DNA of 64,000 nt, from contig OZ176052.1 in assembly GCA_964247055.1 (NCBI GenBank), positions 4,774,001 through 4,838,000 on the forward strand, written 5' to 3'. The stretch is from Paragordius varius (lineage: Eukaryota; Animalia; Nematomorpha). Position numbers and translations under genes: made by a program. Below the pieces are notes generated by a model. The model made no database searches, was not told the origin of the DNA, and worked only from the letters and a program-made list of their open reading frames with translations. This document shows, piece after piece, positions 50,690 through 62,715 of this stretch; position 1 is the first letter of the stretch; every line of letters begins with the position of its first letter.

Positions 50690-51419
50690 TTAATAAAATG
50701 GATGTAGTTTTTTAAAATTTCGGCATAATGATTGGCGTTTTATTTAATAAATAAATTTTGAATTATATTGACACTCCATCATGAGAATATCACCTCAAAT
50801 TTAAATATAATAATAATGCTGCTATTTTTAATTATAAAAATTTTCTAATTGATTAATATATTATTAATTATATTTTCGGCATCGTTTTCTATTGTAACTT
50901 TTACGACCAACTTAGGTTGTGTAATTTTATTTTTTAAGTCTTTTGTGTCATCAACACTTCATTACCTTTTCACTTTTTTGCTCTATAATATCTTTTCGGG
51001 TAATTTTTATCCCAAAGCGCAATTTTGTAAATTAACTACAGTGTTATTTTAGTTAAATTTAATTTTTAAACATTTTTATATTAGATAAAAAAAGCTTATA
51101 TTTTTTACAGTTTGTAAATGCTAGAGACTGAAATTGGGACAGCTTCAAAACACGATTTAAACGACAGCGGGTAAAATGTATCCTGAAAGCTTCTAGTTAA
51201 TTATTTATATTTTCTACCATAATAAAATATATTTTGTTGCATTAACTAAAATTTATGAAAAAAATGGCGACCAAAAAGTTAGAGATAAGGTTTATTTTAC
51301 AATTATGCATTTTTTTAAAAAGCATATTTTAAATTCGGCTTAATTCCTTAAATACTTTTTATGATATTACCGCTATGGGATATATACTACCCCAAAAATA
51401 ATGGAGTGTTAGAGGGGAA

Positions 51420-51640
51420 AATATTTTAATATGGCTCAAAAAATTTATGAGCAGCCCCCAAACTGCTGAATAAGATTGGATTAAGCTGAAAGAGAGAGTG
51501 ACAAAGGCGGCGATTAAGATATGTTGATGCAAGAGTCATCAAAAAACTAAAAATGTTTGGTGTATCATTGAAACCTTTCCTACAGGCTAAAAGTGAAGCG
51601 TATAAATGGAAAAAATGTGACACAAACCAAATCGTTTGAA
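51420..51640 (+). mobile_element. Possible RTE linker-region relic
   Basis: WIKLKERVTKAAIKIC and AKSEAYKW resemble the RTE APE-RT linker. Broken by stops. Confidence 0.3.
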
Positions 51641-52348
51641 TAAATCCCATTACATGCACGAGATATCATACATAGAGCGCTATCAGTACATTCTTGTCAA
51701 GTTGACCCAACAAATTGCTACTTCAGTAGCGCAATCAATTGGATGATGATGCTTTGTTAAAAAATTTAATATTAGCAAATTTTTGAAGTTTACTTAATTC
51801 TATTTTGAAGAAACACTTTATGAAAATAGAAATATTTTTATAATTTAAGAATTCTGGACATTTTTTTCACCTCAGAATTTTAATGGTTCATTTAATTTCA
51901 AAGTTGGGGTTACAAAAAGCAATTTATTTATAAAATAATTATAAGATGAACAAATATTTTAATTAAATTTCTGAGGGAAATTTTTATTTTTAAACATAAA
52001 AAAGTGTATTTATAATAACTTAAAGCGTTATTAAAATTCCATAATTTATCAAAATAGTATGAAAAAATCAAATTTTTTAACAAATTTTGTATTTTTCAAA
52101 AATTATGCCTTTTAATGCCATAATCTACCATATATTAAAATTATTAATCGTTGTCGCCATTTTTTTATTTTAATAAAAGCCATTTTAGAAGTACGAAAAA
52201 TTTTAAAATTTTCGAAGCCCACATATAAAAGTAAAAACATTGTTTTTATATTTATTATATATTTTATTGATATTTTAAGAATAAAGCATTTAGCTTTATC
52301 AATTATATTAATGTGGACAAATTTTGCCATCTACTGATATACACTGTC

Positions 52349-54044
52349 TATCGGGGTGTATAAAAATAACTTGATGAAATATATATATTCTGATAACAAA
52401 ATGAATCAATATTATTATGCTGTTTTGGTTTTGGCCCTTACACACTTTTTAGACTTTTGTGGTAAGTGGTCCATATTAGAAAATGACAAAATTTGCACAC
52501 ATTTGTTTAATATTTTTAGTGAAAGCTAAATGCTCCATTCCAAAACATATCAATAAAATATGTATAAAATACATATAAAAAGCAAATAATATTTCTAAAT
52601 ATTTTTATTTTTAGATGCGGACTCCGAAAGTCCCAAATTTTTGCTCTTCTAAAATGGAGTGAGTTCTTAAAAATAAACGCAAAAAGTCCTGGATTGCGCG
52701 ATAAAATTATAAATATAGGCTAAATTTTGACTTAAAAAATATTATCAAAAAAATGCACACTTTTTACAAAAATAAATGTTTAGCAAAATTTTGTTTAAAT
52801 GTACTTGATCCTATTCTTATAATGGAAACGGTATAAAAACGCTTTTAGATATATACAAACTTCTTCTATATAATTTGATGATGCTTAACATTTCTTTTCC
52901 GAATTGATTTAATACTTTGATTTAAATTGGGGTATATAAATACCCCAAACAATATTTAAGTTGGTATTTTTAAAAAACTACTGAAAAAAGGTTACAATTT
53001 AAATTTATGCTTCTATCCTAATAAAAATTATATTAAGCCAAAATATCTAAATAAATAGTTTTGAAAAAAAGTTCCCTATCAAACTATTTTGACTCCATTT
53101 TTTACAACATTTCACATAATATCGTGTTTATTTGATTCTAAGCTTAAAGTTAAGTTTACCTTTTTATAAAAAATATATTTAACATTATAAAAAGAATAAG
53201 TGGTATATATTGCATTATTTTAATATTATATACACATGTAATGTTTGCTAAATTTTGGCATTGTTTACCTCTGAATAAGTAATATCAAGTATTTTTGAAT
53301 AATCTTTTTATTATATTTTTTGGTTGATTAATGTATAAGTGCTCACTTTTCCCATGGTTTCAATTATTCTTTTTAATATTTATTTTAAACAAGCCTAGGG
53401 TATCTAACCACCCCAATTTGAATCAAAGGACTGAAATGAATGTGTTGTATAAAAGTGTTAAAGGTTTATTATTGGGGATCTTTTTTTAGAATACAATTTA
53501 TATTTGACATAAACTTAGGGACGAACTAATATTTTGATCAAAATTTGAGGTGAAATGCTAGCATCATCAATATAGAATTTTTTATAATATCTAAACGTTT
53601 TTAAACCGTTTCCATCTTGCCTCAAAATAGGATGAAGTACACTTCAACAAAACCTTGCTAAAAATCAACTTGTAAAAAGTTAAAAAAAATTATGAAAAAA
53701 TTTAATCGCGCAATCGAGACATTTTTGCATTTATTTAACATTTTAAAAGAGCGATTCTGAGCCCACATCTAAAAATGAATATAGTAAATATATTGTTTTG
53801 ATTTTACGCAGTTTATGATATATTTTAGTGATATGGAATAGAGTGTTTAGCTTTCACTAAAAAAATTTTATGACGAAAAATGTGTTCAATTTTTGTCATT
53901 TTCTGATACGGAACACACACCTCAAAGTGTAATAAATTTCTTTAAACACTTGTAAGGGCCAAAACTAAAAGGACCATCATAATCTTGATATATTCAGTAT
54001 ATATATAAATATATCAACAGGGTATTTTTTGTGGACACAGTTTA
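52349..54044. mobile_element. Fold-back element with about 550-bp diverged inverted arms; related copies at about 41790-42700 and 47150-48000
   Basis: 52349-52900 and 53550-54044 are reverse complements, sharing TTTTGGCCCTTAC, CAGAAAATGACAAAA, AGTGAAAGCTAAA, TTTTTAGATG(C/T)GG and TGATGATGCT. Termini resemble TACACWGTGTCCACAAAA. Confidence 0.75.
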
Positions 54045-54262
54045 TGGAGCAGTTACTACTAAAGTTTTAATTACTTTCTTAAATCAGCCGTAAAGGCCAA
54101 TTTTAAAGCACCAAAATCCTGATATATGTTTGCAAAAGAATATTTTTCATCAGGATATATTGATTCGTATTATGGATAGAATCAAAATATTTATATAAAT
54201 TAAATCATATTAGATATTTATATCAGTTGATAAGAAACATTGTTAGGTTATTTAAATTTAAT

Positions 54263-57200
54263 ATGCTCGATTATGATGATTTATTTGATGGGCCTACGGA
54301 TGAAATTTATAAAGATCTTAATCTTGATATTGGAAAATCTTATAACTTTCCATTCAATCCCTATGCTATTCAAAACCAATTCTCTGCAAAACTTTACGAA
54401 GTGATTGACAAAGGTCTTATTGGATTGATGGAGAGTCCCACTGGGACAGTAAAGTTAATTAATAATGAAAGGGAAAAACAATGAGTCTTATTTGCGGTGC
54501 CCTAACATGGCTTTTGGATTACCAAGAAAACTGTAAAAAAATATATGAGGATTCTAGAAAAAGGTATATTTATTTTAAAATTAAGAGTCGATACCAATTT
54601 TTCACTTAATTGGCTTGAGGAACAGTCCTTACAGAAAGAAAAAGAAAATGAAACAAAAGACATTGAAGTATATAAAATTATCATCGGATAGAATTTTTTC
54701 GATTACATGGAAAGTATAAATAAAAGAATATCAGAATCGCTCTCCATAAAAACTACTATAGCTGTGAAGGTTTTTTGCATTATATTTAAGGATGATAAAT
54801 GCGCAACAAATGATGTATTACTTAAGAGGTTAAAACAAATTCAAGAAACTGTTGATGATGAGGATTTTTTCGATGTACCGCAAGATAATCAGCATAAAAT
54901 AAAGGTTACCGATGGATTTACATAAAATGCTTTTGTTATTTATATAATTACAGAATTTGTTCAATTAACACGATCGGTACCATAATTTTATAGTGAATTT
55001 TATTATATCCGTATTATTTCTTTTTAATTGGAGTATAAATAATTGCTTAATTGATTTACTAGAAAAAGGTTACATATAAATATATATATATATATATAGA
55101 TAATAAATTTATAGATTTGTACAAAAAACGTTAATTTTTTTATATAAATAGATGCTATTTTGCCAAATATGTTGGCTATGCATTAATTTAAACCAGAAAA
55201 TACTGCACATTACCATATAAATAATTTTTATTGCAAAAAGATTATTGTATCAAAATTATATGATATTTAATTTATATTAATATTGTGTCTCATCATCGGT
55301 TGGGATAAGTCAATTTAAAAAACTTTATACCTACATCAATCACAATAATTCGAGAAATGGATCAAATTAAATATCCACCGTTTAACTTTTTAAAGCTCTC
55401 CAATAACAGTTTTGACCATTAATTTTTTAAATTATAGTATTATAACATAATATGATCAAAAATTTGTCAGGCAAATTAAATTGATGTCTTAAAAAGAATT
55501 TAATTTATAATAAAAATATTGTAGGTACATAACATTCTTTTTTCCAGAAAGTGTTCAAATTTTATATGATATAATACTATACCGCTCTCTTTGGAGGGAG
55601 GTTATTGAATTTTTTGTTTTAATGACTTTGGGAAAATTCTGACTACAGTCCAAATTATTAGCTTATTTATCTAATTTAAGTATTCTTAAATACGTATTGG
55701 TATATTTTCACAGATATTTTTCGCTAGTCGGACGCATACTCAACTGCAACAATTTATTGGGGAAATTCGTAAAACTAAATTTGCTCAACATCAACCTGTC
55801 GAATGTCATAATGACACGGGTGATAATTTAAATTCTAGCATTCCTCAAAAATCTAGCGAACCAAATTATTCCACATCTTTTTTGCCAATAAAATTGGCAA
55901 TTTTGGCTTCACGTAAAAGTTTGTGCATAAATGAACACGTTTGTAATGAAAAGACTCGCAATAATATCCAACTATTGAATGAAAATTGTCAAAAGCTAAT
56001 AAATCAAATGAAGGTTGACAAAACACATTTGTTACCCGATGATCATAATACGTCTACCATGTCTGTTAATGTGGATGAAATCGATTTAATCTCATCCTCG
56101 CCTGAAACTGAGGTTTTATAGCGATTGATTTTTTTAAAACCATTTTTTGAAAAAAATATTTTTTGTGTTAAATATGCACACACCAAGAATACGTTTAAGA
56201 ATGAATGTTCATTCATGAATTATTATGATAGAAACTAATGATTCCATTTATATTTTTTCAAACAGTAAAGTTTGGTTAGAAAAATCTATTCCACTAGCAA
56301 TTGTTATATTAAGCTAGCTATAAGTATTTATGACAATGTTATATGGAAGCTAGGCGAACTTTACATCATTAAAATGGAAATAATGGTTTACTAAATTTAT
56401 TTATGATTGTTTTTTTTATAATAATGTATCTTCCTTAGAATACAAAATTAAAATTACCTATATTAATTTATATTATGCAGATACGTTTATTTCTGTCCGA
56501 TAGTTTTGCAATATTTTTCAGTTATAGATCAGTATGTATTAGCCTTAGGAATTTATAACATAGTTTAATTATAATATATAGAAAAAGAATTATAAACGCA
56601 AAAGGCCAAAGAAAAAGAAGGCAAATACGGTACCACCTATCGAAGATACCTTATTGGAAATGACCAAATGCCAATATTTTAAAAAAATTAATATTGATGT
56701 TCTCACCGATTTTATACTATCTGATGTTAAGGTATGGAAATATTATATTAATTTATTATAAATTGTGTTGAAAAATTTTTTGATTTGTTAAAGTTTATAT
56801 TACATTAAGGGATATAAATAAAGTCAGTCGAAACTTGAATAAAGTTTTGGCCTAATTATGTTTTTGTTATTTTACAATTGTCTTCTCACGTTATTTTTTT
56901 CCTTTCCTACTTAAAACTTTGATAAAATAACTTACATTTTAAATTATAATTTGGGTTAAATTATTATAAGTAATATTATAAATTTTCTTATATTCATTTT
57001 TATATATTTTTAACATTGTTGTAAAAAGTAAAATGCATAGCAATTCAAAATCTCTGAACATATATTGTAAACTTTTTCCAAAACACATGTTTATTGAGAA
57101 ATGCATATAAACACTCCATTATATCCCATTTTAGACCATTGCTTCACTTTCTTTTTAATGAATTTTTATCTAATTTCCTATTCTTCCTCCCTTGCCTTTA

Positions 57201-60200
57201 CAGGACATTGAAGACATTGTCGATGAGGGTAAACACGTAATTAAGGCTTGTCCATATTTCGCAACCAAAGCCGCTACGAAAGATGCCCAACTCATTGTAC
57301 TTCCCTATCAACTTTTGTTGGATAGCGAAGCACTCAAAGCTAATGGTCTAACCCTGGATGCAAAAAATAGCATTGTGATCATTGATGAAGCTCATAACTT
57401 GGTTGATACGTTGACTGAAATGCATTCTGTCACGATGACCGGATTACATGTAAGTAACTAACTAGTTTCTATTTACTACAGTGGTCCCCGCTATAATGAA
57501 CACCTTCATGTCAAGATTTTAATACTGCTGCGCCAATAAATTAATGGGTTGATGCTGATTATCATGCATTTTTAAAGTTTTTCAAATAAGGCCCAAGTTT
57601 CTAAGTTTGATTCGTTTAAGTTTAGTATACCGTTTGTATTAACATCCCTGTTTTTAGACGTATGATAGATGTGATCTTTATTTACTTTAAATTAATTTTT
57701 ATCTTATAGCAGAGGCAAGGTATAATTTTGTATCTTTTCTTTACAATACCGAATCGGAATAACAAACCATTATCGAAATTTAAAAATCAGTTTGATACTT
57801 TTATAATAAATTACCATTTTTCATCTGTCTTTACCGTAAACGATGTACGGGTTTATCGTGATTTATGGCTTTAAAGTTATGGTTATTTTATATAAAATAT
57901 TATTTTTTTCAGTTTTTTAGACTATTTTTCCAAGTCAATGAATACAATATACGGTACGGTGGTCGACTTGGGGCTCACAATCAACAATGCCTTCATACAT
58001 TGGTTGAGTTGGTTAAAGGCTTTATACAACACTTTCATAATATGCATGAGAATCAGTTAAAAAAACGAAAATTACATAATAATAGTAGTAATATTAAAGA
58101 TGGTAATGATTTCTCTTCATCCCAATGTGATATCTTTACTTGTCGCATGTTTTTGAATCAGGGTGCGTTAGATAATTTCAATTTGTATAGCACAAATACA
58201 TTCATAAATCGTTTTGGATTACCACGCAAATTAATGGGGATAGATGTTAGGGATGAACATTTTAAAATGCATGCTACAAACTCTGCAAAAAAGACCACCA
58301 CTACCACCATAGACAACTTGAACGATGAATCAACCTTTTTGGAAACATATTATAAAACTGCTGTTTTCCCTAACTTAGCTAATGATAACAATAACGCCTG
58401 TGTTTCGAAGCCAAAAACTGAACGTAATTTTACTCTTGAATCAACTAACACCATTCCTGACTGGTATCGAGTTTCAACGGGTTTCGGTAATCCAATATTT
58501 GCGTTTAGCAAATTATTAACATGTCTCATGGATAATGATATACCCTCCGAGAGTATTGGACTTGAATATGATAGTATAATGAAGGAAGAAAAATTAGATA
58601 ATTACAAAATACAATCGATAAAACAGAATCCTAGGTTACCACTTAAACATGAGGGCGACGATGCTGGGAAAATATTTGTTTACGGAAAAAGTAGGACCAC
58701 ATAAATATTGTTTTGTTTGATAAAATTTACTGGTGTTGTATAAATCATAATTTATATTAAATTTAATTATAGCTAAATTTATATAATCTAATATATGTTT
58801 AAATGCAACTTTAATTAGTCGTTGTTTTCACCTTATATTTTGCAATATTTTATAATTTTAAGATAAAGTGAGTGACTTGGTTTTCAAATATGTGCTCACA
58901 AATCCATCTCGGGTCTTCAAAAATGTTGTTGTCAATAGCAAAGCTGTTATCTTAGCTGGTGGAACTATGAAACCGGTTAATTATTTAGGAAAATTTTTAC
59001 ATTTTTTCTCCAATGATTAACCCTATAAATTAAGTTAAGTATAGAATCTGGTTAATAGCAAAAGTTTTTCATTCCAAATCGTTTCAATTTATAAATATTG
59101 ATCTTAAACACGGATGTTACTGATTTTATTTTTTAAAATAAACGAAGCTTCTATTTTTATTTATTACTGTTATGTAAAAGGCATACACATATTTTTAAAT
59201 GAATATTTACAAAAATAAAGTTTGAAGAAATCGAAATGCGTCTGCTATTTCCTGCTGGCGTGTCTCCAGATCGTATAGCAACGTTCGAATGTGGACACAT
59301 TATTCCACCGGAAAATATATCAGTTTTAGGGATTGGACATGGGCTTGTAAATAAATTACCCCTAGAATTTACCTACCAAGTAATATATTCATTGATTAAT
59401 TTATTTCTAACTAAAAGTCAAACATATCTTTTAAAACATTGGGCGGACTAAATGACAATTACTGCTGCTTAAACCTAAACTTGAGCCATAGATATGATTT
59501 AAAGTATAAATAAAATGCATTTTTATTAAATAGAAAGACTGTACTGTAGTATATATAACTTACTTATTATAAAGTAGAGGGCCCCTGTTTATTGAAGTCC
59601 ATACTCCCTTTTAAGGAGTTCTATTTTTTTCATCCCACCCATAACACACTTTACCTTTCCGTTCATAATTATTTTGGGCTCTCATAAATAAGCAATACAT
59701 GTATTTTTATTATGCACACATACACAACACCACTAGAATCGCTCAAAGTTTGACTTAATGCTGGAGTTTGGTAGCATCCTTCTAACTTTAGCTCAACGAG
59801 TCCCTGGTGGTATAATATGCTTTTTCCCATCATACAAACATGAACAGGCTGTGTTTGATTACCTTTCACAGGCTCATTGTAACTTTCCCACAAATAATAA
59901 CATTCAGTTCAATGGTGTCGGAAACAAAAGTAGTTGTTCAGTTACGGATCTTAAAACTAATCATCTTAAACAAAACTCTTATTCGCATCAATCATCTTAC
60001 ATTGATATTATAAGCACGTATAAACGTTTATTTCGTGAATTTACTTTTGAGAAAACTGGATTTAATGTTAAAAATAATAATACAACTACCCCCTTAAAAA
60101 ACGCAAAAAAGGATTTGGTTTTAAACAACTCTACTCTTGACGAAAGTATGTCTTTTGATGATAATGAAAATATAACCCTCGATGACGATTTCAACACATC

Positions 60201-60694
60201 GACAAATAAAAAGATAAAAACTGCAACTAAAAGCTCACCAGTATTTGATGCTTATCAAAAGGAAATTATGGTACATTTTATTAATTTTAAAATAAAGAAA
60301 AATTAGTTTTAATTGACTTACTTTTGATTTCGACCAATTTGAATTTTAAATGAATTATTTCATATTTGTACGTTGAATATCCGTGTTAGTTATTACTTTT
60401 TAATTGAAGTATTTAAAAAATTTTGTAAATATTCAAAAACACTTTAATTATATTTGAAAAATTAATATTTCTGTATTTGTATCGTCCTTTAATCAGTAGT
60501 ATACTCCAAAACTATCGTTTTTCTTTGTTTGTCATAAATCAATAATATTAATTGTTGAATTTCAATTTAAATAATAATTATTTTGTAATTGAAGATCAAT
60601 TTACGTTAAATGTCCGTGTTAATTGCTGCTTATAATCAATTGATTAAATTAAACTTTTTGTTGTGAATATCAAAACTTGATTATATTTTCATCT

Positions 60695-60728
<34 letters not shown>

Positions 60729-62206
60729 TATCCCAAATTCAGTATTAAAACTATATTCCTCCATCTGTATCTCTATAATCATTCATGTTTTATACTAACT
60801 ACTAATTTTTAACACAAAGGGTGCTGGTAATGGAGCAATTCTCTTTTGTGTGGCTTCAGGAAGATTAAGTGAAGGCATAAATTTTAATGATGATCTGGCC
60901 CGGTGTGTTGTTATGGTAGGAATGCCTTATCCAAACCCCTACAATCCAGAATTTAGGGAAAAAATGACTGCCTATCTGCGATCTTTTGATCTAATTGGTT
61001 GTTATGTTATTTATATATTCATGCAATTTCATTTTTATAGCATCATAACAGCAATCTATTACATTTGAAATAAAAATAAAATTACCCTTTAATAAATTAA
61101 ATATTTTTGTTTGCTTTTTTGGAGAAATGGAAAAAGTTAAAAATAGACATGTTAAATTTTAATAAAAAAAATGTATTGGAAACAAAATTACATTTTTATC
61201 CCTTTATTAATAAAAATTAGCCAATCGTTAGGAGTAAAATTTTTCGAATTGTAAAAATTTATCAATGTATTATATAATTAATTTATTTAGATTCAAACAA
61301 GCTCAAACTTTTGAAATGTGTAACTCAGGCTGAATATATGCACAGTATGTGTATGAAAACGGTTAATCAATGCATAGGTACCTTATTAATTTATAAATCT
61401 TTTTTATATGCAAAATATATTGAATTTATTTTATATTACACTTTGATATTTTTTAAGTATATTTCTTAGGACGCTATTGTTTTTTAAATTTGTATCAAAA
61501 TAATTTTTAAAATATAATTATATCTTACTTAAAGTTTTTTGCCGACAGAGTAAAAATTGATATTTTACGAACAAAATGTGAAAATATAAAGACAAATTTT
61601 ATTTTTTTTGACTGGTGTACTTTTTTGAAAAATTTCTCCAAATATAACTCATTTTAAAAATGCAAAGTATGAAGATGTAAATTGGTTACAAAATTTAATA
61701 TTTATACAATTGTATTTATTTAAATATAGTAAAAAATAATAATCAAAAAATGGTTGCCGTTTCAAAAATTACTTTTGTTTTATCTATATAATTTCAATTT
61801 TTACTGCATTTAATTTTTTTCATAAAAATTGCTTATACGGTAATATGTTCATATATATTAAACAAAAATGAAAATTATTATATCAATGTATTGATTTTGC
61901 TAATATTATAAATCTGAAAATTTTAATTGTATTATTTTTTATATATTAACAAAGTATCAAAACTATTTAATATGTTAGGCCGAGCCATACGCCACAAAAA
62001 TGATTACGCCATGGTAGTTTTATGTGATTTAAGATATTTGAAACCGGAAATTCAACAAAAGTTACCTCTTTGGATGTTGAATGGCAAAAGTCACATTGAA
62101 AAATGCCATTTTAAATCAACGGCCGAATTTGGGTACCATGTTTCACATGTATAGCTTTTTAATATAATTTGCTTAGTTTTTCAAACAAGTCAAGGCGTCA
62201 CGGTAA
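54263..62206 (+). CDS. DDX11: ATP-dependent Fe-S DNA helicase DDX11/Chl1 (about 14 exons)
   Basis: [15 protein letters not shown]|[14 protein letters not shown] (motif I), [14 protein letters not shown] (55714-), [29 protein letters not shown] (57204-57449), [61 protein letters not shown]|[10 protein letters not shown]. Ends FFKQVKASR* at 62206. Confidence 0.93.
54449..54471 (+). other. 23-nt intron (DDX11 intron 1)
   Basis: GTAAAGTTAATTAATAATGAAAG; splits the Walker A motif PTGT|GKT. Confidence 0.95.
54564..54585 (+). other. 22-nt intron (DDX11 intron 2)
   Basis: GTATATTTATTTTAAAATTAAG; required for frame. Confidence 0.8.
54668..54691 (+). other. 24-nt intron (DDX11 intron 3)
   Basis: GTATATAAAATTATCATCGGATAG; contains an in-frame TAG. 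Confidence 0.8.
54770..54790 (+). other. 21-nt intron (DDX11 intron 4, inferred)
   Basis: GTTTTTTGCATTATATTTAAG; in frame and stopless, so not forced by the frame. Confidence 0.6.
57477..57724. mobile_element. Possible pogo/Tigger-like MITE in a DDX11 intron
   Basis: TA-CAGTGGTCCCCGCTATAATGAAC at the left, degenerate TTATAGCAGAGGCAAGG-TATA at the right. Confidence 0.4.
62149..62176 (+). other. 28-nt intron (DDX11 last intron)
   Basis: GTATAGCTTTTTAATATAATTTGCTTAG; followed by FFKQVKASR*. Confidence 0.75.
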
Positions 62207-62715
62207 TCGAACAGTGCAATTAATTTAAAGCTCTAAACGGATTTTATGATTGAGCTGGATGTAATTATATTGAAATGGCAATCATGATCTCAATTATTAA
62301 TAAATTTGGAATTTCATTTGATATATTTGTTGGTATTTTATCCAAAATACACTTCAAATTCAAAAACATTTTTTTGAAAATTTTACGTGAAAACCCTATT
62401 GGACTATATAAAATAAACAAATGCACCTATTTATGGTTAGTATAACCGTTTTTTTCTCACAAAATTGTTATTATATATAATTTAATTTTACTCGATATAT
62501 CCTAATGTTAGACAAAAAGGATGCAAAAATTGTAAAATTCTATGCTTGGCTTCCTTTTCATATGTAAAGCAAATATATAAAAGTTGGCCTGGGTGAGTCA
62601 CCAATTTATTTAAAGTTTTATTAAAAAATGTAAAAATCTAAGTGTATATATATCAATCAGAATAAATATACTTTATTTGTATAAATTATGTATATTATTT
62701 AGTTCAGTTAATATA

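Noticed and set aside
4773-52330. Short Ile/Phe/Lys/Tyr-rich ORFs (for example 4773-4958, 13462-13719, 23441-23629, 26862-27125, 31223-31438, 50849-51052, 52112-52330)
   Set aside because: Composition typical of chance ORFs in AT-rich introns or repeats, with no motifs.
32187-62206. Non-standard (ciliate-type) genetic code as an explanation for tiny introns
   Set aside because: TAA terminates RPL18A, PRIM2 and DDX11 at the expected positions, and conserved exons contain no in-frame TAA/TAG.
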